From Fonticula alba ATCC 38817 (lineage: Eukaryota; Protista; Nucleariida): 62,833 nucleotides of DNA. Under the pieces are notes generated by a model that saw only the letters and a list, made by a program, of their open reading frames with translations, searched no databases and was not told the DNA's origin. The translations under genes were made by a program, and so were the position numbers. The first letter of the stretch is position 1. Each line of letters starts with the position of its first letter. Shown piece by piece: positions 25,090-41,800 of this stretch. Where the stretch lies: assembly GCA_000388065.2 (NCBI GenBank), contig KB932205.1, one strand, 5' to 3'.

Positions 25090-26762
25090 AGGGTGTCAGA
25101 GGCACGGGCGGGAGCAGGCTGGGAGAGAAGGGAGAAATAGAGCGATCCGGGCACAGCTGTGTGGCGCATGCTCGCCAACACGACCACCCCCAGGGGCGAG
25201 ATACTCCTCCCCCCTCCCCGAAGCGGGGGAGGTCGACCGTGTGGCGGACACAGCAGGCTGGCGGGCAAGAAGCAAACTCGGGGAAGGGGGATGCCAGGCC
25301 GAGAGGACGATGCAGCTGACGAGCAGCGGAGGCGGGCCGAGAGGGAAAGGGAGAGGCGGCGAGAGGGCGAGGGGGGCGGGGACTTACGGGCGGAGAGGGA
25401 TGCGGGCGGGCGGGCTTCAGGGGTGAGCTAGCGGGGTTGCGGGTGCGAGAGGGCGCTGGGCAGCCCGGTGAAAAAACAGCCCGGCCCGCATGTGGCGATG
25501 GGCCCCCGGCGGGGGTGGGGCTGATCTTGGCGTCCGCGCGTGGCGGCGAGGGCCCGGAAGGCGGGTGGCACACCCCCCAGGTTGAGGGCGGACCCACCTC
25601 TGGCCGTCGGTCCGAATGCGAAGCAGGCCTGGCAACACGGACGGCGTGGTCTCCCCCCTCCCACCCCCCGCCCCGGCGGTGGCCACTCTCTGGCAGACTC
25701 TGAGCCGCGGGAATCGGCCCGGTCCAAGAGTGCGGTGGTACATCGTTGCTTCGTCAGGTCCTGGTGCCCTGGCTCAGAGTGAGTGGCAGCGCCCTCGCTG
25801 CTGTGGCCGGCGGGGTCGCGCGTGCCGTGCGTGCCGTGCGTGCCGTGCATGCCGGGACAATCTGCCTCTCACCGTGTGGAGGGGGGGGGGGGAAACACGG
25901 GCGGCTGGCGGATGGGGCTTCAGAACGGCCGGCCGCGCGCCGCCGCCCAAACCAACCAGGCCCTCACCACCCGACAAGGGCGCGCCCTCCAGCCCGGCTC
26001 TCGTGTGTGGAGACGGGTAGGACTGCTCTCCGTGGCCAGCATGGAACGCCGTTCTCGGAAGCACGTAGGGTCACCCGGGAACAGGATGGTCAGCTGATAA
26101 GCTCCTGGTGCTCCCGCCGCTGGCGATCTTGCCCACCGTCCCCCCCCCCCCCCACCTTCCCCCTGGCCAGGTCTTTTCAGACACCAAGCGCCGGACGCCC
26201 GCGGGACGGAGCCGCACTTCGGTCGTGTTGCCCCCTCCCCGTCCTGGNNNNNNNNNNNNNNNNNNNNNNNNNNNNNNNNNNNNNNNNNNNNNNNNNNNNN
26301 NNNNNNNNNNNNNNNNNNNNNNNNNNNNNNNNNNNNNNNNNNNNNNNNNNNNNNNNNNNNNNNNNNNNNNNNNNNNNNNNNNNNNNNNNNNNNNNNNNNN
26401 NNNNNNNNNNNNNNNNNNNNNNNNNNNNNNNNNNNNNNNNNNNNNNNNNNNNNNNNNNNNNNNNNNNNNNNNNNNNNNNNNNNNNNNNNNNNNNNNNNNN
26501 NNNNNNNNNNNNNNNNNNNNNNNNNNNNNNNNNNNNNNNNNNNNNNNNNNNNNNNNNNNNNNNNNNNNNNNNNNNNNNNNNNNNNNNNNNNNNNNNNNNN
26601 NNNNNNNNNNNNNNNNNNNNNNNNNNNNNNNNNNNNNNNNNNNNNNNNNNNNNNNNNNNNNNNNNNNNNNNNNNNNNNNNNNNNNNNNNNNNNNNNNNNN
26701 NNNNNNNCCCCCCTCCCCCCCTTCCTCATCTCCCTCACCTGTCCCTCCCTACGGTTCCACAG

Positions 26763-27351
26763 GCAACTACTGCAACGCCGTCCAGACCGGCAACCTGGTC
26801 TTCCTCGCCGGGCACCTTCCCTTCGACAAGGATGGCAAGGTCATCACCGGCAAGGTGCGCGATCGCTCTTTCCTCCCCCTCTGCGATAGGGTAGACCTCG
26901 CTGACTCGTGTTCTCTCTTTCTCTCTCTCGCTCTCTCTCTCTCTCTCTCCCCCCCCCCCCCCCCCCCCCCCCGCCCCGGCCGGTATCCCGGGCCTCCTCT
27001 GCTTCACAGCTCGGCGCCGGCATGTCCGTCGAGGAGGGGCAGGCTGCTGCTCGCGCTGCCGCTCTCGGCCTGGTGTCCACTCTCAACCAGCATCTGAATG
27101 GTGACCTCGAGCGTGTCAGCCGGATTGTCAAGATGTCGGCCCTGATCAACTGCACCCCCGACTTCTCCATGCACCCGGCCGTGGCCAACGGTGCCAGCGA
27201 CACCATGGTCCAGGTGTTCGGCAGCGCCATCGGGAGCCACGCCCGCTGCGCGGCCGGCTTCATCAGCCTCCCGCTGGAGGCCGCCGTCGAGGTGGAGCTC
27301 ATTGTTGAGGTCTCCGACGATGTCAATGCCTCGCCGAAGGCCCACATCTAA
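26763..27351 (+). CDS. Rid/YjgF/YER057c/UK114 family protein, Rid1-like (bacterial-type); 5' end lost in gap
   Basis: GNYCNAVQTGNLVFLAGHLP...ITGK | LGAGMSVEEGQAAAR...DLERVSRIVK...NGASDTMVQVFG...HARCAAG..SLPLEAAVEVELIVEV; intron 26855-27009 (GTGCGC...CACAG); TAA 27349-27351. Confidence 0.9.
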
Positions 27352-27981
27352 GCGCAGATGGGTCTTGTGTTGGGGTTTGCCCGTGCCCTTTTGGCCTTTC
27401 ACCGATGTCGCCCGAACATATGCACCCCCCTCCGATCCACGGCCTCTGCTTCATGTGTGTGTGTGTGTGTGTGACAATTTCCACATGGACGAGTGGGAGG
27501 GGAATGTGTATTTTTCCTTGCCAGCCATTGGGAGTTGTATATGTGTGCATGTGCACATGGGTGTGCATACTCTTCTGGGGGAGGGGGGGGGGGAGGGAGT
27601 CCAACTTTGGCCGCCAGGGAGGAAAGAAGAGGCGGAAAGCAGGCGAGAAAGAGAGAGAGAGAGAGACAAGCAGAGGAAGGGGCGGAGGGTGCATCTACTC
27701 CTCCTCCTCGTCGGACTCCTCCTCAGACTCCTCGTCGGACTCCTCCTCATCGTAAGAGCCCTCATCAGACTCCTCCTCATCGTAGGAGCCCTCGTCGGAG
27801 CCGTTGCCCCAGTGCGACGCCTGGGCATGGCCCTGGCCATCGGACTCGTCGTCATACTCCGAGCCGGACTCCCCCTCGCTGGACATGGCGAAGTAGTCCC
27901 GATGGTTGGCCCCGGCGGCCGGGGCGCTCAAGTCCAGGAGGTTGTCACCCTCCTCATCGTCGGACTCGTCCTCCTCATCGT

Positions 27982-28102
27982 CGGAGTCGTAGCCATCAGA
28001 CTCCTCGGAATCATAGCCATCGGACTCCTCGGAATCATAGCCATCGGACTCCTCGGAATCATAGCCATCGGACTCCTCGGAATCATAGCCATCGGACTCC
28101 TC
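27982..28102 (-). repeat. 21-bp coding tandem repeat (ESDGYDS, about 5 copies) in the AP3B hinge
   Basis: ggactcctcggaatcatagccatc units on the + strand. Confidence 0.9.
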
Positions 28103-29244
28103 CTCGTCATCCTCCTCGGTGTCATACTCATCTGAAGAGGAGGCCAGGAAGGCGTCGAGAGCCGACTGATCATGGCGGATGGGGGCCTTGCGGGCGGCCG
28201 CCTTGACCGCAGGGTGGAGACCAGCCGGGGCAGTGGCCCCGGCGCGCAGGCCCGAGCCGCCACGCGCCCCCACCGGCCCGGAACCCATGCCAGTCAGGTT
28301 GTTGACCACTTCCCCGCCCATAGCCGGGCCGGTCGGGACCAGCACATCACGCACCGAGGACGGCGGCGGCGGCGAAGTCGGCCAGTTCGGCAGCGGCAGG
28401 TACCCGGTCACGCGGTGGCCAACCAGGCGCGACAGAGACCCGAGAACCAGCCCGGCAGCAGCCACCTCGGCCGAGAGGCTGCCATCGTCATTGAGGGAGA
28501 CGTCCTGCAGGGCCCGGGCCAGGGCCGCGACGTCTGGCGACTCGCCCGGCAGCGGGCTGGCCCCAGACCCGGCGCGGGTCGCCCCGGGCGCGGCTAGCAT
28601 GATGCGCGCCAGCACGGCCGCCGGCTGCAGAGCCGTCGGGTCGACCTTCAGATGGAGCGGATGCTCGCCATTGTCGCCGTTGGCCATCGGCGCGTCCACG
28701 GGGCAGGCATTCAGCAGGGCCTGCAGGAAGCGCGCCCGGTCGCGCACATCGTACGACACATCATACCGGGCCAGGGTGAGCAGGTGCGCGAAGAGGCCCC
28801 GGATGCGAGACGACACCTTGGGCGTGAAGAGCGGCGCCGTGGTGGCCGTGGCATCGCCGTGGCACCGGGCCAGGAGCTTGGCTCCCAGGACCAGGGTCAG
28901 CAGGCGCACATGGGCATCGGTGTCCTCGGCCGGGAAGGCGATGACCGCGCAGCGGAAGACATCCGGAGCCACGCGCGGCACATCCTCGGCGAATGTCCCA
29001 ATCAGCCAGTACAGCGCCGCCCGAGAGACGGGCGACAGCTGGGGCGGAGCCGCGGGGGCCTGATCTTCCGGCGCCGGGCGGTACAGAAGCTTGGCCAGCT
29101 GCCGCAAGGACCGGGCCCGGCCCTCGGGCTGGGCCTGGAACAGCCGACGCAGGACGAGGATGGATTCCGTGACAACGGAGGCTGTAGACGGGCGGAGTGA
29201 GCACACAGGGGGGGGNNNNNNNNNNNNNNNNNNNNNNNNNNNNN

Positions 29245-29280
29245 GGAGGTTGAGTATGCGAACGAGTACGTCTTTGTCCA
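29245..29280 (+). other. Misplaced 36-nt MetAP2 fragment at a gap edge (assembly chimera)
   Basis: Identical to 32659-32694 and 34690-34725. Confidence 0.9.
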
Positions 29281-31873
29281 GGGGAGAAAGCAGTGGGGTA
29301 AGTAACAGGGCGGCGAAGGTGGAGAGGGCGACCGCGCATGCCCTTTTTCCGGCGGGAAGGAGGACAGAAGAGAGGCCGAGAGAGAGAGTGTGCGCGCACA
29401 ATGACTTGGGTAGAGCGGTCTGACAGCATGCGAGTGAGAACATCAATCAGCTCATCCTTCTGGCCCGGATCGAGCCTGGGCACCGAGGAGAGAGAGAGAG
29501 AGAGGGGGAATCGGAGCAGTCAGAGATGCGAGTCGGGAAGCGCCCGAGGGCGGGGCTGACGCAACACAGGAAGACGCCAGAGAATGGGGCAACAGTACGC
29601 ACGAGTAAAGCTTGGGCAGGGCATGAGCAGCAGCCTTGCGGACGTGCGGGCTCATGTCGGTGATGCGTTTCTTGACGGCCAACAGGACGATCGGCACGAT
29701 GACCTCGACCCGGATACTGGACAGAACACGCAGGGCCAGCGCGCGGATGACATGGTTCGAGTCGTCGAGGTCCTACAAGATGGGCGAGCAGGGCGGCGAG
29801 GGGCCGGGGTCAGGTGCGCTGGTGCCGGCGCCGCAATAGGGGGCCGCTCTTCGGCGTCTGGGGCGGTGGTCGGAAGGAAGGGCGAGAAGAGGAGTGGATG
29901 TGCACCTTCTGGAAGGAGTTCACCGACAGGAGAGCCAGGTCGGGCTCCTGCTCGGCGTATCGGAGGAGGTAGATGTACACCAGCTTGCGGACCTGGAAGT
30001 TCTGGGAGATGACATTCTTCACGACATCCGGGAAGAAGACCGCCGCGTCGCGACCGCGGGCCATGAGCTGTGGGCGAAGATATGCCGGTGGAGGTGTTAG
30101 AATGGATTGGGGGCCAGACGCCCGATGGTCTGGATGGTCTCGGCGGCGAAGGCCGGGCTTGGGCGCGAATGTAGGTCTGAGCGTGGTTCCGGGGAGAAAG
30201 CGTGGGTGGTTAGGATGATCATCGCGGTGGCGGAAGGGGATGAGGAGAGAGAAGAGAGAGAAGAGGGAGGAGGGAGAAGAGGGAGAAGAGGGAGAAGAGG
30301 GAGAAGAGAGAGAGAGCAGAAGAGGAGAGAGGGGAATGGAAAAGGGCGGACAGATCCCCGGCCCCATCCATCCCTTCTCGTCTCGAAGCCGATGTGCATG
30401 TATGTATGTATGTGTGAGGCAGAGGGGGGGGGGTCCCCCTGTCCAAGAGTGCACGCACCTGCAGCTCATGCAAGACGATGTTGATGGTGCGCGAGCTGGT
30501 CACCGAGGCCAGCACCTCCAGGCGCAAGCGACGGATGAAGAGCGGCTCGTCATGGCGAACAAAGAATCGCCGGATGTGCGGCTCGAAGGGCTCTGGCCGG
30601 ATGGCCGCCAGGGATTTGATCGTCTGCAGGATGCTGAAAAGGGTCTCCCGCGGGCCGGACAGCAGGCGGGTCAGGGCACGCGCCGCACGGCCAACCTCAT
30701 TCTCCGGCGCCACATGGTGGTACAGGGAAGCCACCGATTGGATGACCTGGAGGGCAGAGGATCGCAAGCAAATGCACAGCCGCCGGAGGGAGGAGAAGGG
30801 GGAGGGGGGGCGGTCAGGGCCCGGGTCGGCGGTGAAGTGAGCAAGTGCAGCATGGTGGCGATTGCCACGGGCGTACGGCGGCGTTGCGGCTGTTCAACAG
30901 CGGGGTGAGGCTGTCGAGCAGGAGCCGCAGATCCGGGTCGACGATGGCCGCGACGGTGCCGGCCGCGCCAGCCGGCATGGCAAAGGCATCGTCATCGCTG
31001 GACGAGGCATCATCATCCTGGCTGTCGTCGCTATCGTTGGCCGTGGCCGCGCGCTTGGGCTTCGCCAGGGGAGTCTTGGCCATCTCCGGCATGTGCGGCT
31101 TCGGGAAGTACACACGCGAGTAGCGCATCAGCAGGTCAATGATGTACACCTGGCCCCACTCATCGACGTCGATGAGCGTCAGGCAGAGCCGGCGGAAATG
31201 GGGATGCAGCAGGTCCAGGCGCTCGGGGCAGATGCGCAAGAAGGCTGCAATGACGGAGCTCTACCAGCGGCCGGGAGAGGACAGAGGTGGCGGGAGGGGG
31301 GGNNNNNNNNNNNNNNNNNNNNNNNNNNNNNNNNNNNNNNNNNNNNNNNNNNNNNNNNNNNNNNNNNNNNNNNNNNNNNNNNNNNNNNNNNNNNNNNNNN
31401 NNNNNNNNNNNNNNNNNNNNNNNNNNNNNNNNNNNNNNNNNNNNNNNNNNNNNNNNNNNNNNNNNNNNNNNNNNNNNNNNNNNNNNNNNNNNNNNNNNNN
31501 NNNNNNNNNNNNNNNNNNNNNNNNNNNNNNNNNNNNNNNNNNNNNNNNNNNNNNNNNNNNNNNNNNNNNNNNNNNNNNNNNNNNNNNNNNNNNNNNNNNN
31601 NNNNNNNNNNNNNNNNNNNNNNNNNNNNNNNNNNNNNNNNNNNNNNNNNNNNNNNNNNNNNNNNNNNNNNNNNNNNNNNNNNNNNNNNNNNNNNNNNNNN
31701 NNNNNNNNNNNNNNNNNNNNNNNNNNNNNNNNNNNNNNNNNNNNNNNNNNNNNNNNNNNNNNNNNNNNNNNNNNNNNNNNNNNNNNNNNNNNNNNNNNNN
31801 NNNNNNNNNNNNNNNNNNNNNNNNNNNNNNNNNNNNNNNNNNNNNNNNNNNNNNNNNNNNNNNNNNNNNNNNN

Positions 31874-31907
31874 ACGCGTGGAGGATGATCCCCGGCGGCA
31901 GAGCGTG
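31874..31907. other. Misplaced 34-nt TatD exon fragment at a gap edge (assembly chimera)
   Basis: acgcgtggaggatgatccccggcggcagagcgtg is identical to 37041-37074. Confidence 0.9.
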
Positions 31908-32061
31908 TGCGCTGGCAGGCCATTCGCCGCCCAGGCGAGGCCCAGAGCGCAGATACCGCGGCTGTCCTGCCCGCGAGACCGGTGGGCGGCTAGGTTGCCC
32001 GTCGCCAGGCTGGGGACGACTGTCTTCGGTGAGCGGGAGTCTCGCCCAGATCTCCGCTGGT

Positions 32062-32092
<31 letters not shown>

Positions 32093-32407
32093 CAAAAACG
32101 GGGCCCCCGCCCGGGGGGGCCCACCCCCACGCTGAGGGCTGGCTGGCTCCCCCCGAGAGGAGTGGGGGAGGAGCCCCCGATCCGGGGGAAGGGGGGCGGG
32201 GGGGGGGGCTGATTCGGCACCGCCGTGCATGCGGCCTCATCTCAGGCCGGGCCCCTAACCCGAGAAGTCCTTCCATCCCCCCTGGCCTGTGCTCCTCGAT
32301 TCTTACCGTGCGCCTCTTCTCTGCCTTTTCCCTGCCTCTCCCCCCTCCTCCTCCTCCTCCCCTCCCCCCCCCCCTCCCTCTGACTCCCTCAGCCATCACC
32401 CCTGTAG

Positions 32408-36092
<3,685 letters not shown>

Positions 36093-36229
36093 GGGACCTC
36101 GTCCGTGCGTGTGAGTGTACACGGAGAGCAAGAATACAACCCCCATTCGTGAGTGTGTGTGTGTGTGTGTGTGTGCGTGTATACATGGATATGCATTTCT
36201 CTGGTCCAGGAGGGAGAAAGGAGGGGTCG

Positions 36230-36458
36230 CTATTTTTGGGCAGCCGGCCGCCCCGCTGCCAGGATGGGCTCCAGCAGTCGGCGCGCATTGGCGGCCGTGG
36301 TGCGGAGGACAAACTCCGGGTCGGCCCAGTCCCCAGGGCCGAGGGCCTTCGCCAGCAGCCGTGCGAGGATGACCGGCTCATATGCAAGTGTCTCTGTCGG
36401 GAGAAGGGGGTGCTTTTTTCGTCAGCCATACACACAATCGAGGGCAAGGGCGAGGGGG

Positions 36459-36492
<34 letters not shown>

Positions 36493-38122
36493 GCCAGTGC
36501 TCCCATGCGCCGGTCGCGAGTGGCCAGCCTCTTCTCCGCGCACCGGCCACCGCGTGCCTGGTGTGTCTCCCCTCTCTCGCGCCTGCCGCGCGCCCTCCGC
36601 GCCCCCCAGCATCACGTCCGCTGTGCGCCCTGTCGCGCCGGGACCCAGCCGCGCGCCGGGGGGGGGGTCAAAGCCTCGGAAGGGGAGTGCCGGCATACCC
36701 AGCAGATAGCTATCTGTTTCGACCAGGAGGGCCGACGTTGGGACCGCGGCCAGCACCTGGCGCAGCTTGCGCGGCAGCCACCCCGGCTCCGGGAGATCCT
36801 CATCCGTCGGCTGGTGCTCTTCGGGGCCCGGACGAAGGTGACGCTCAATTGCCCGGCGGAAGAAGGCCAGCTCGTGCTGCAGAGGGTCAACCCCGGCGGC
36901 AGCGGCCTCCGCGCGAATGCGCTTGGTTCTCTCCGGGTCGAAGCGATTGCCGTTGATGCAGAAGGCCACCGACAGGCCAAGGCGCCCGGCCAGCCGAGCA
37001 TCCTGGAAGAGGATCCGCGCATCTTGCGCTGTGCCGCTGAACGCGTGGAGGATGATCCCCGGCGGCAGAGCGTGGTCCGGGGCCCCGAGCAGGACCTCCT
37101 GCAGGGCCTGCTGTGCGCGGACACAATGAACGGACACTGGGCGATGGAGCTGGCAAACTGGCGGTCAGTCAGACAGCACGGCGCGAGGGTCAAGCGCGGC
37201 GAGCGCCAGGGAAGCCAACTGAAGGAAGGGCGATAATGTGCGCATCGGCAACGCACATGGGCCGCCAGGGCGAGTTGGCGGGCAAAAAGGCGCCGCTGGA
37301 TGGCCGCCACAAAGGCGGCCGCGTCGTCTGACAGCTCGGTCAGCTTGCCCAGCTCCGGCTCGTGCTTCTGTGAATCGCGCAGGAATTGCAAACGGAAGTG
37401 ATCGAGGCCGATCTCGCCGACCCCAGCCCCGGGGCAAGCCTCCAGCCGCTGGGCCAGGCTCCGGAGGACCGTATCTGTCGGCAGGCACATGGTGAAGGAG
37501 GGGAAAGGGGCAAGGGGAGGAGGCAGGATCAGGGACACGGTATCTGGACAGCCAAGGCGAGGACATGGATGGCGAACATACTCTCCCGGCGAATGAGGTC
37601 CGCCATGTCGGCGACCGGGCCAAGTCCGGCCAGCTGGGGCAGGGCATGCGGCGAAGCCCAGGCGCCCGGCGCGGTGGCCTCCAATTCCAGGTCCACTGCG
37701 GCCACCGGGAAGAGGGGTTGTCTAGCGGAAGTGCCCGTGCCGATCGCCGGCGCCAGCCACTGGTAGTCCATGCCCAGGCTCTCGAGTACATACCACGGAT
37801 GCACCCCGAAGAAGGGCACGGCCCGCGGGCCGGAAGCCTGGGCGCTCACCAGGTCGGCGGCTTCGGCCACCCGATCCCAATCCAACACCGAGCAGCTCAT
37901 CAGGCACATGTCGGACACGATGGACTCCGCCAGCGTGGCCAGAGCCGCCGAAGCGGCGGATGGCCGCGCCGACGGGTCGCCCGGCTGCCCGGCCTCGGGA
38001 CAGCCGGCGGGCAAGCTCATGTGCCCGGGGCAACAGCGGTTGGCCACGGAGGCCGTGGCCTTGGACGCCGGGTGTCCAAGGAGATCCTCGGTGAAGTGGC
38101 AATGTGTGTCGAAAAAGGCCAT
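36230..38122 (-). CDS. TatD-family metal-dependent nuclease, multi-exon, with long Ala/Pro/Gly insertions
   Basis: FDTHCHF, GVHPW, VGEIGLD, SVHC, ILHAFSG, LLVETDS, TTAANARRL; TAG 36230-36232. Confidence 0.88.
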
Positions 38123-38863
38123 GGCGGAGGCGCGGGCTCAGGCGAGCGGGCGGATTCGAGGCAGTGGAGGGAAAAAAAAAAAGACGGGGCGGCGGAACAG
38201 GAGCAGGCCACCAATTAAAGAGGGGTATAGTGCGTGGGCCGGGAGCACGATCGCCCCCTGTGGCGACGAGGTGGCCGCCCTTCAGCCAGGACGCTGGATT
38301 GAAGTACCAACGGATCGCGCCCCGACGATCGGCCCCCGGGGAGCGGGGACGCGGCATCCTCGCCCGGCCTTTGACCAGACACCCGCTCAGAGGGAAGAAC
38401 GCGAAGGCACACAGGCAGGCAAGCAGTAGCAGCAATAACACCAAGGGGGGATAAGGATATAGGGTACATTCTCGCCGCCGGCGTCTCTTGGCAAGAGGCG
38501 GTCAGGCGGTCGGGAAAGAGAGAGGGAGAGAGAGAGAGGGAGGGAGGAAGGGAGGAGAGGGATATATGCGGGCAAAAAAATGTGGGATGCTTGGTGAGAC
38601 ACACCCGTCGGGGCATGGGGAAGCAATGGTGAATGAGGACACACGTAGCGGCACAGCCGTATGTGTGTCATCACGGGGAGGGGCACCGGGAGGATCCGGC
38701 TGGCGGATGCTGGCCGATGTGAAGCACTTTCGCGACACCGCCTTGCTCCGTGCGGACGAGTGACCCCTCCTCCTGTGTGTGTGTGTGTGTGTATGTCCAT
38801 GGGGCCGCATTCCCCTCGGCCCTTCGGCCATCTTGGTCGGCCCCTGCAGGCTGCTCCCCCGAT

Positions 38864-41800
38864 TCAGAGGGCCCACGCATTGTCGTGCGGCGAGGGCAGG
38901 AAAGCCAGCGAGGGAGGGGGCGGTGGCCGCAGGGGCGCCTCATTGGGGATGTTCACCTGACCCAGGCGAATCTCCAGCAGGCGGAGCTGCAGCTCATAGT
39001 CCAGCAGGGTGTTGATAAAGTCATCGGTCTCCTTGATCTGCCCGGAGGCGGAGCTGATCGTCCGGCCCAGGAGAATGCGGAAGCCATCGGTCCACTCGGA
39101 AAATTGGCTCTGGCTCTCGGCCACAAAGTCCACCAGGGACACGCCCTCCTCCTGGCCCATGACCGAGAAGGTCCACTTCATCCAGTCAACCGGCTCGTCG
39201 TCCACGCGACCGCGGTTCCGCGCAAACAGCGGCGACGCCGAGTACAGCGCCAGGTCGGTGGCGTCCGACAGGTCCACGCGCTTCGGCAGGTTCGGCAGCT
39301 CGGGCGGCGAGTCCAGGATCTCGGAGAAGTCCTCATAGTGCAGGAATCGGCGGTTGGGCGACAGCCGGAAGAAGCGGAAGGCATTGCGCTGACGCCCCCC
39401 GCGCGGAGCGAACACCGGGAACCAGGACCCGTTCATCATGCACTGGAGGCGCTGGTTGCGCACGAAGTCGCCCACCTCCTTGTGGATCTTGTCACGCAGG
39501 GAGCTGAGTGGCGGTTGGCAGGCCAGGCAGGGGGGTAGGGGGGCGGGGGACGGAAAGGAGAGGGCCACCGGTAAGTTGCCACGACCGAGGCGGAAAAGCC
39601 ATGACAGGAGGAGGGAAGGATGCAGGGGTGATGGTGGCCCACAGGGAAAACGGCAGGAGGCCCGGGAAGCAAACACCGCGGCACACGCACCGACAAGTGG
39701 GCTTCAGGAGCAGGTCGCGCCCGGCTTCCATGTTCTGAAGCTGGCGCTGCTGGACCTCCTTGAAAGAGGCGTTCACCAGCTGGAAGCGATAGTGGTCGAC
39801 AGTACTCCAAGCCACGGTGCGCATGTACTCCAGCTGAGTCTGGACAAGCTGCACAACCTTGGGCTGGTATGTCGCAAGGGACGGGGAAGCAGGAGGGGGG
39901 ATGGGGAGCAGGTCAGCAGACGATCTTTCGCATAAGGCCAGCCTGACGACGATAAGTGCAATGGCGGAGTCAGCGTACAATGTCAGCCTCATTGGCCTGC
40001 ATGTATCCCCAGAGGTTCAGGAAGAGCTGCATGGCCCAGATGTACACGTCCTCGAAGACCAGGAGAGCCGGCTCCTTTGAGGCGTCTGAGCAACCGGGCG
40101 GATGATGAACGTGGGGGTCAGACGGTGCGGAATGGAGAAAGAGCGGCACATAGGGCGAAAGAGAGGGAGGCAGAGGGCGAGGACGACGACGCACTGGGCT
40201 CGGCAGCACTCTGGAAGTTCTCCACCAGGGCCTTGACCACCTCGACACTGGCCGGCCCGAAGCCGCAACGGCGACCATCCGTGCGGGCCGCCTGCTCGGA
40301 AATGAACTTGGTAAGGTACTCCTTGTGTGTGCGGGAGAAATGCACCATGCACTGGAGGCCCAGCAGGCCGACCGGCTGGAGCTCGCTCGGCAGGTCGTCG
40401 GTGGCGAAGCCAAGCTGCTGCACCTGGTTGTAGTGGATATCGGCACCCATCAGAAGCTAGGACGCGGGGCCGGAAAGCGGGAACGGTGATTGGGAGAGGG
40501 TGGGAGAGAGGGGGGGAGGGGGGGAGAGAGTGAGTGAGTGAGAAAGAGGGGGAGAGAGAGGGAGAAAGCACGGAATAGACAAAGAGGGCAAGTGGGCGGG
40601 GGGGTGCGGCGCACATTACTGAGGATGTTGCTATGCTGGGGATTGTTCTTGTTGATCTGGGTGTTGCGTCGACTGCGAATGAGGCATGTAGCAGGGCGAG
40701 GGTCAGAGTGATGGATGAGAGCATGAGCCGAGTCCAATGAGACGATCCGCCGGGATAACGCACCGGACAATGTCACGGTAAATGTTGGACTGGTAACGGA
40801 GCAGCTCGCTGGTCAGGTACTCCGACTGGGACTGCTCGAAAATGGCCTGGAGGAGGGGGGAGGGCAGAGGAGGGGTCAGTAAGGGAGCGAAGGATGCGAG
40901 AAGGGAGCGGAGGATGCGAGAAGGGAGGGAGGGGGGGGGGGAAGTCCAACGGAGGATGGTCGGCCTGCAAGCGGGACACTCGGGGGGTATGTGTGGAGGT
41001 GGCGCGTACGAGGATGATCTTGCTGAAGTCATGTTCCTGCAGGACCTCGCCGAACTCGCTAAGCTCATCGCCGTCGGCCGCCGAGTGCAACTCATTCATC
41101 AGGATGAGGGCATTCCGGCGAGTCTCGGAATCGGTCTCGGTGCGCTCGGAAATGCGATCCACCAGGGCCTGGTAGGCCTTCTGGGGGGAGTCCTTAAGGG
41201 CCTTGTGGAACAGCTGGAAGCCATAGTGCGGCGACTGGACCATCTTGATGGCGATGGCCAGCGCCGGCCGGCAAATGTTCACTTGGGTGGCGGCCACGGC
41301 GGGCACAAGCTTCGGGGAAGAGGAGGGAGGAGGGATGAAGATGATGTGGCATGGCCGGGGGGGGGGGGTCAGCAAATGGGCACAAGCCGACAGGGGCAAG
41401 AGGTGGCGCCGACGAACGGTCGGAGGGCAGGGGGAGAGGGGGGGGGGGGGATGGACATGTACGCACCACGTTCAGGATGATCTCATAGGGGATCGCATCC
41501 CAGCCCTGATCGGTGTTGCGGATCAGGGCCAGGAAAGACTCCAGGGCGTAGGCCAGCGAATTGCGGACCGACTCGCGGATGATGTTCAGCAGAACCGGCA
41601 CACCGTCGTTGGCCACAAACCCCTGGGTGAAGAGGGGATCCTCGAACTTCTGCCGCAGACCGAAGACAATGCGCTTGGAGTCGCTGTCCGACAGGCCGGC
41701 AATGGCCTCGATGGCCTGCACCGTGGGCGACACCAGCAGCAGCAGCTCCACGCCCTCGCGCAGATGCATCTGCAAGTTCTGGTTGGTAAGATACTCGACC

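Noticed and set aside
26763-27351. Bacterial contamination as the source of the Rid1 gene
   Set aside because: It has a host-type GTGCGC-AG intron with microsatellites and is contiguous with AP3B
27982-28102. CRISPR-like 21-bp array
   Set aside because: Head-to-tail in-frame coding repeat with no spacers
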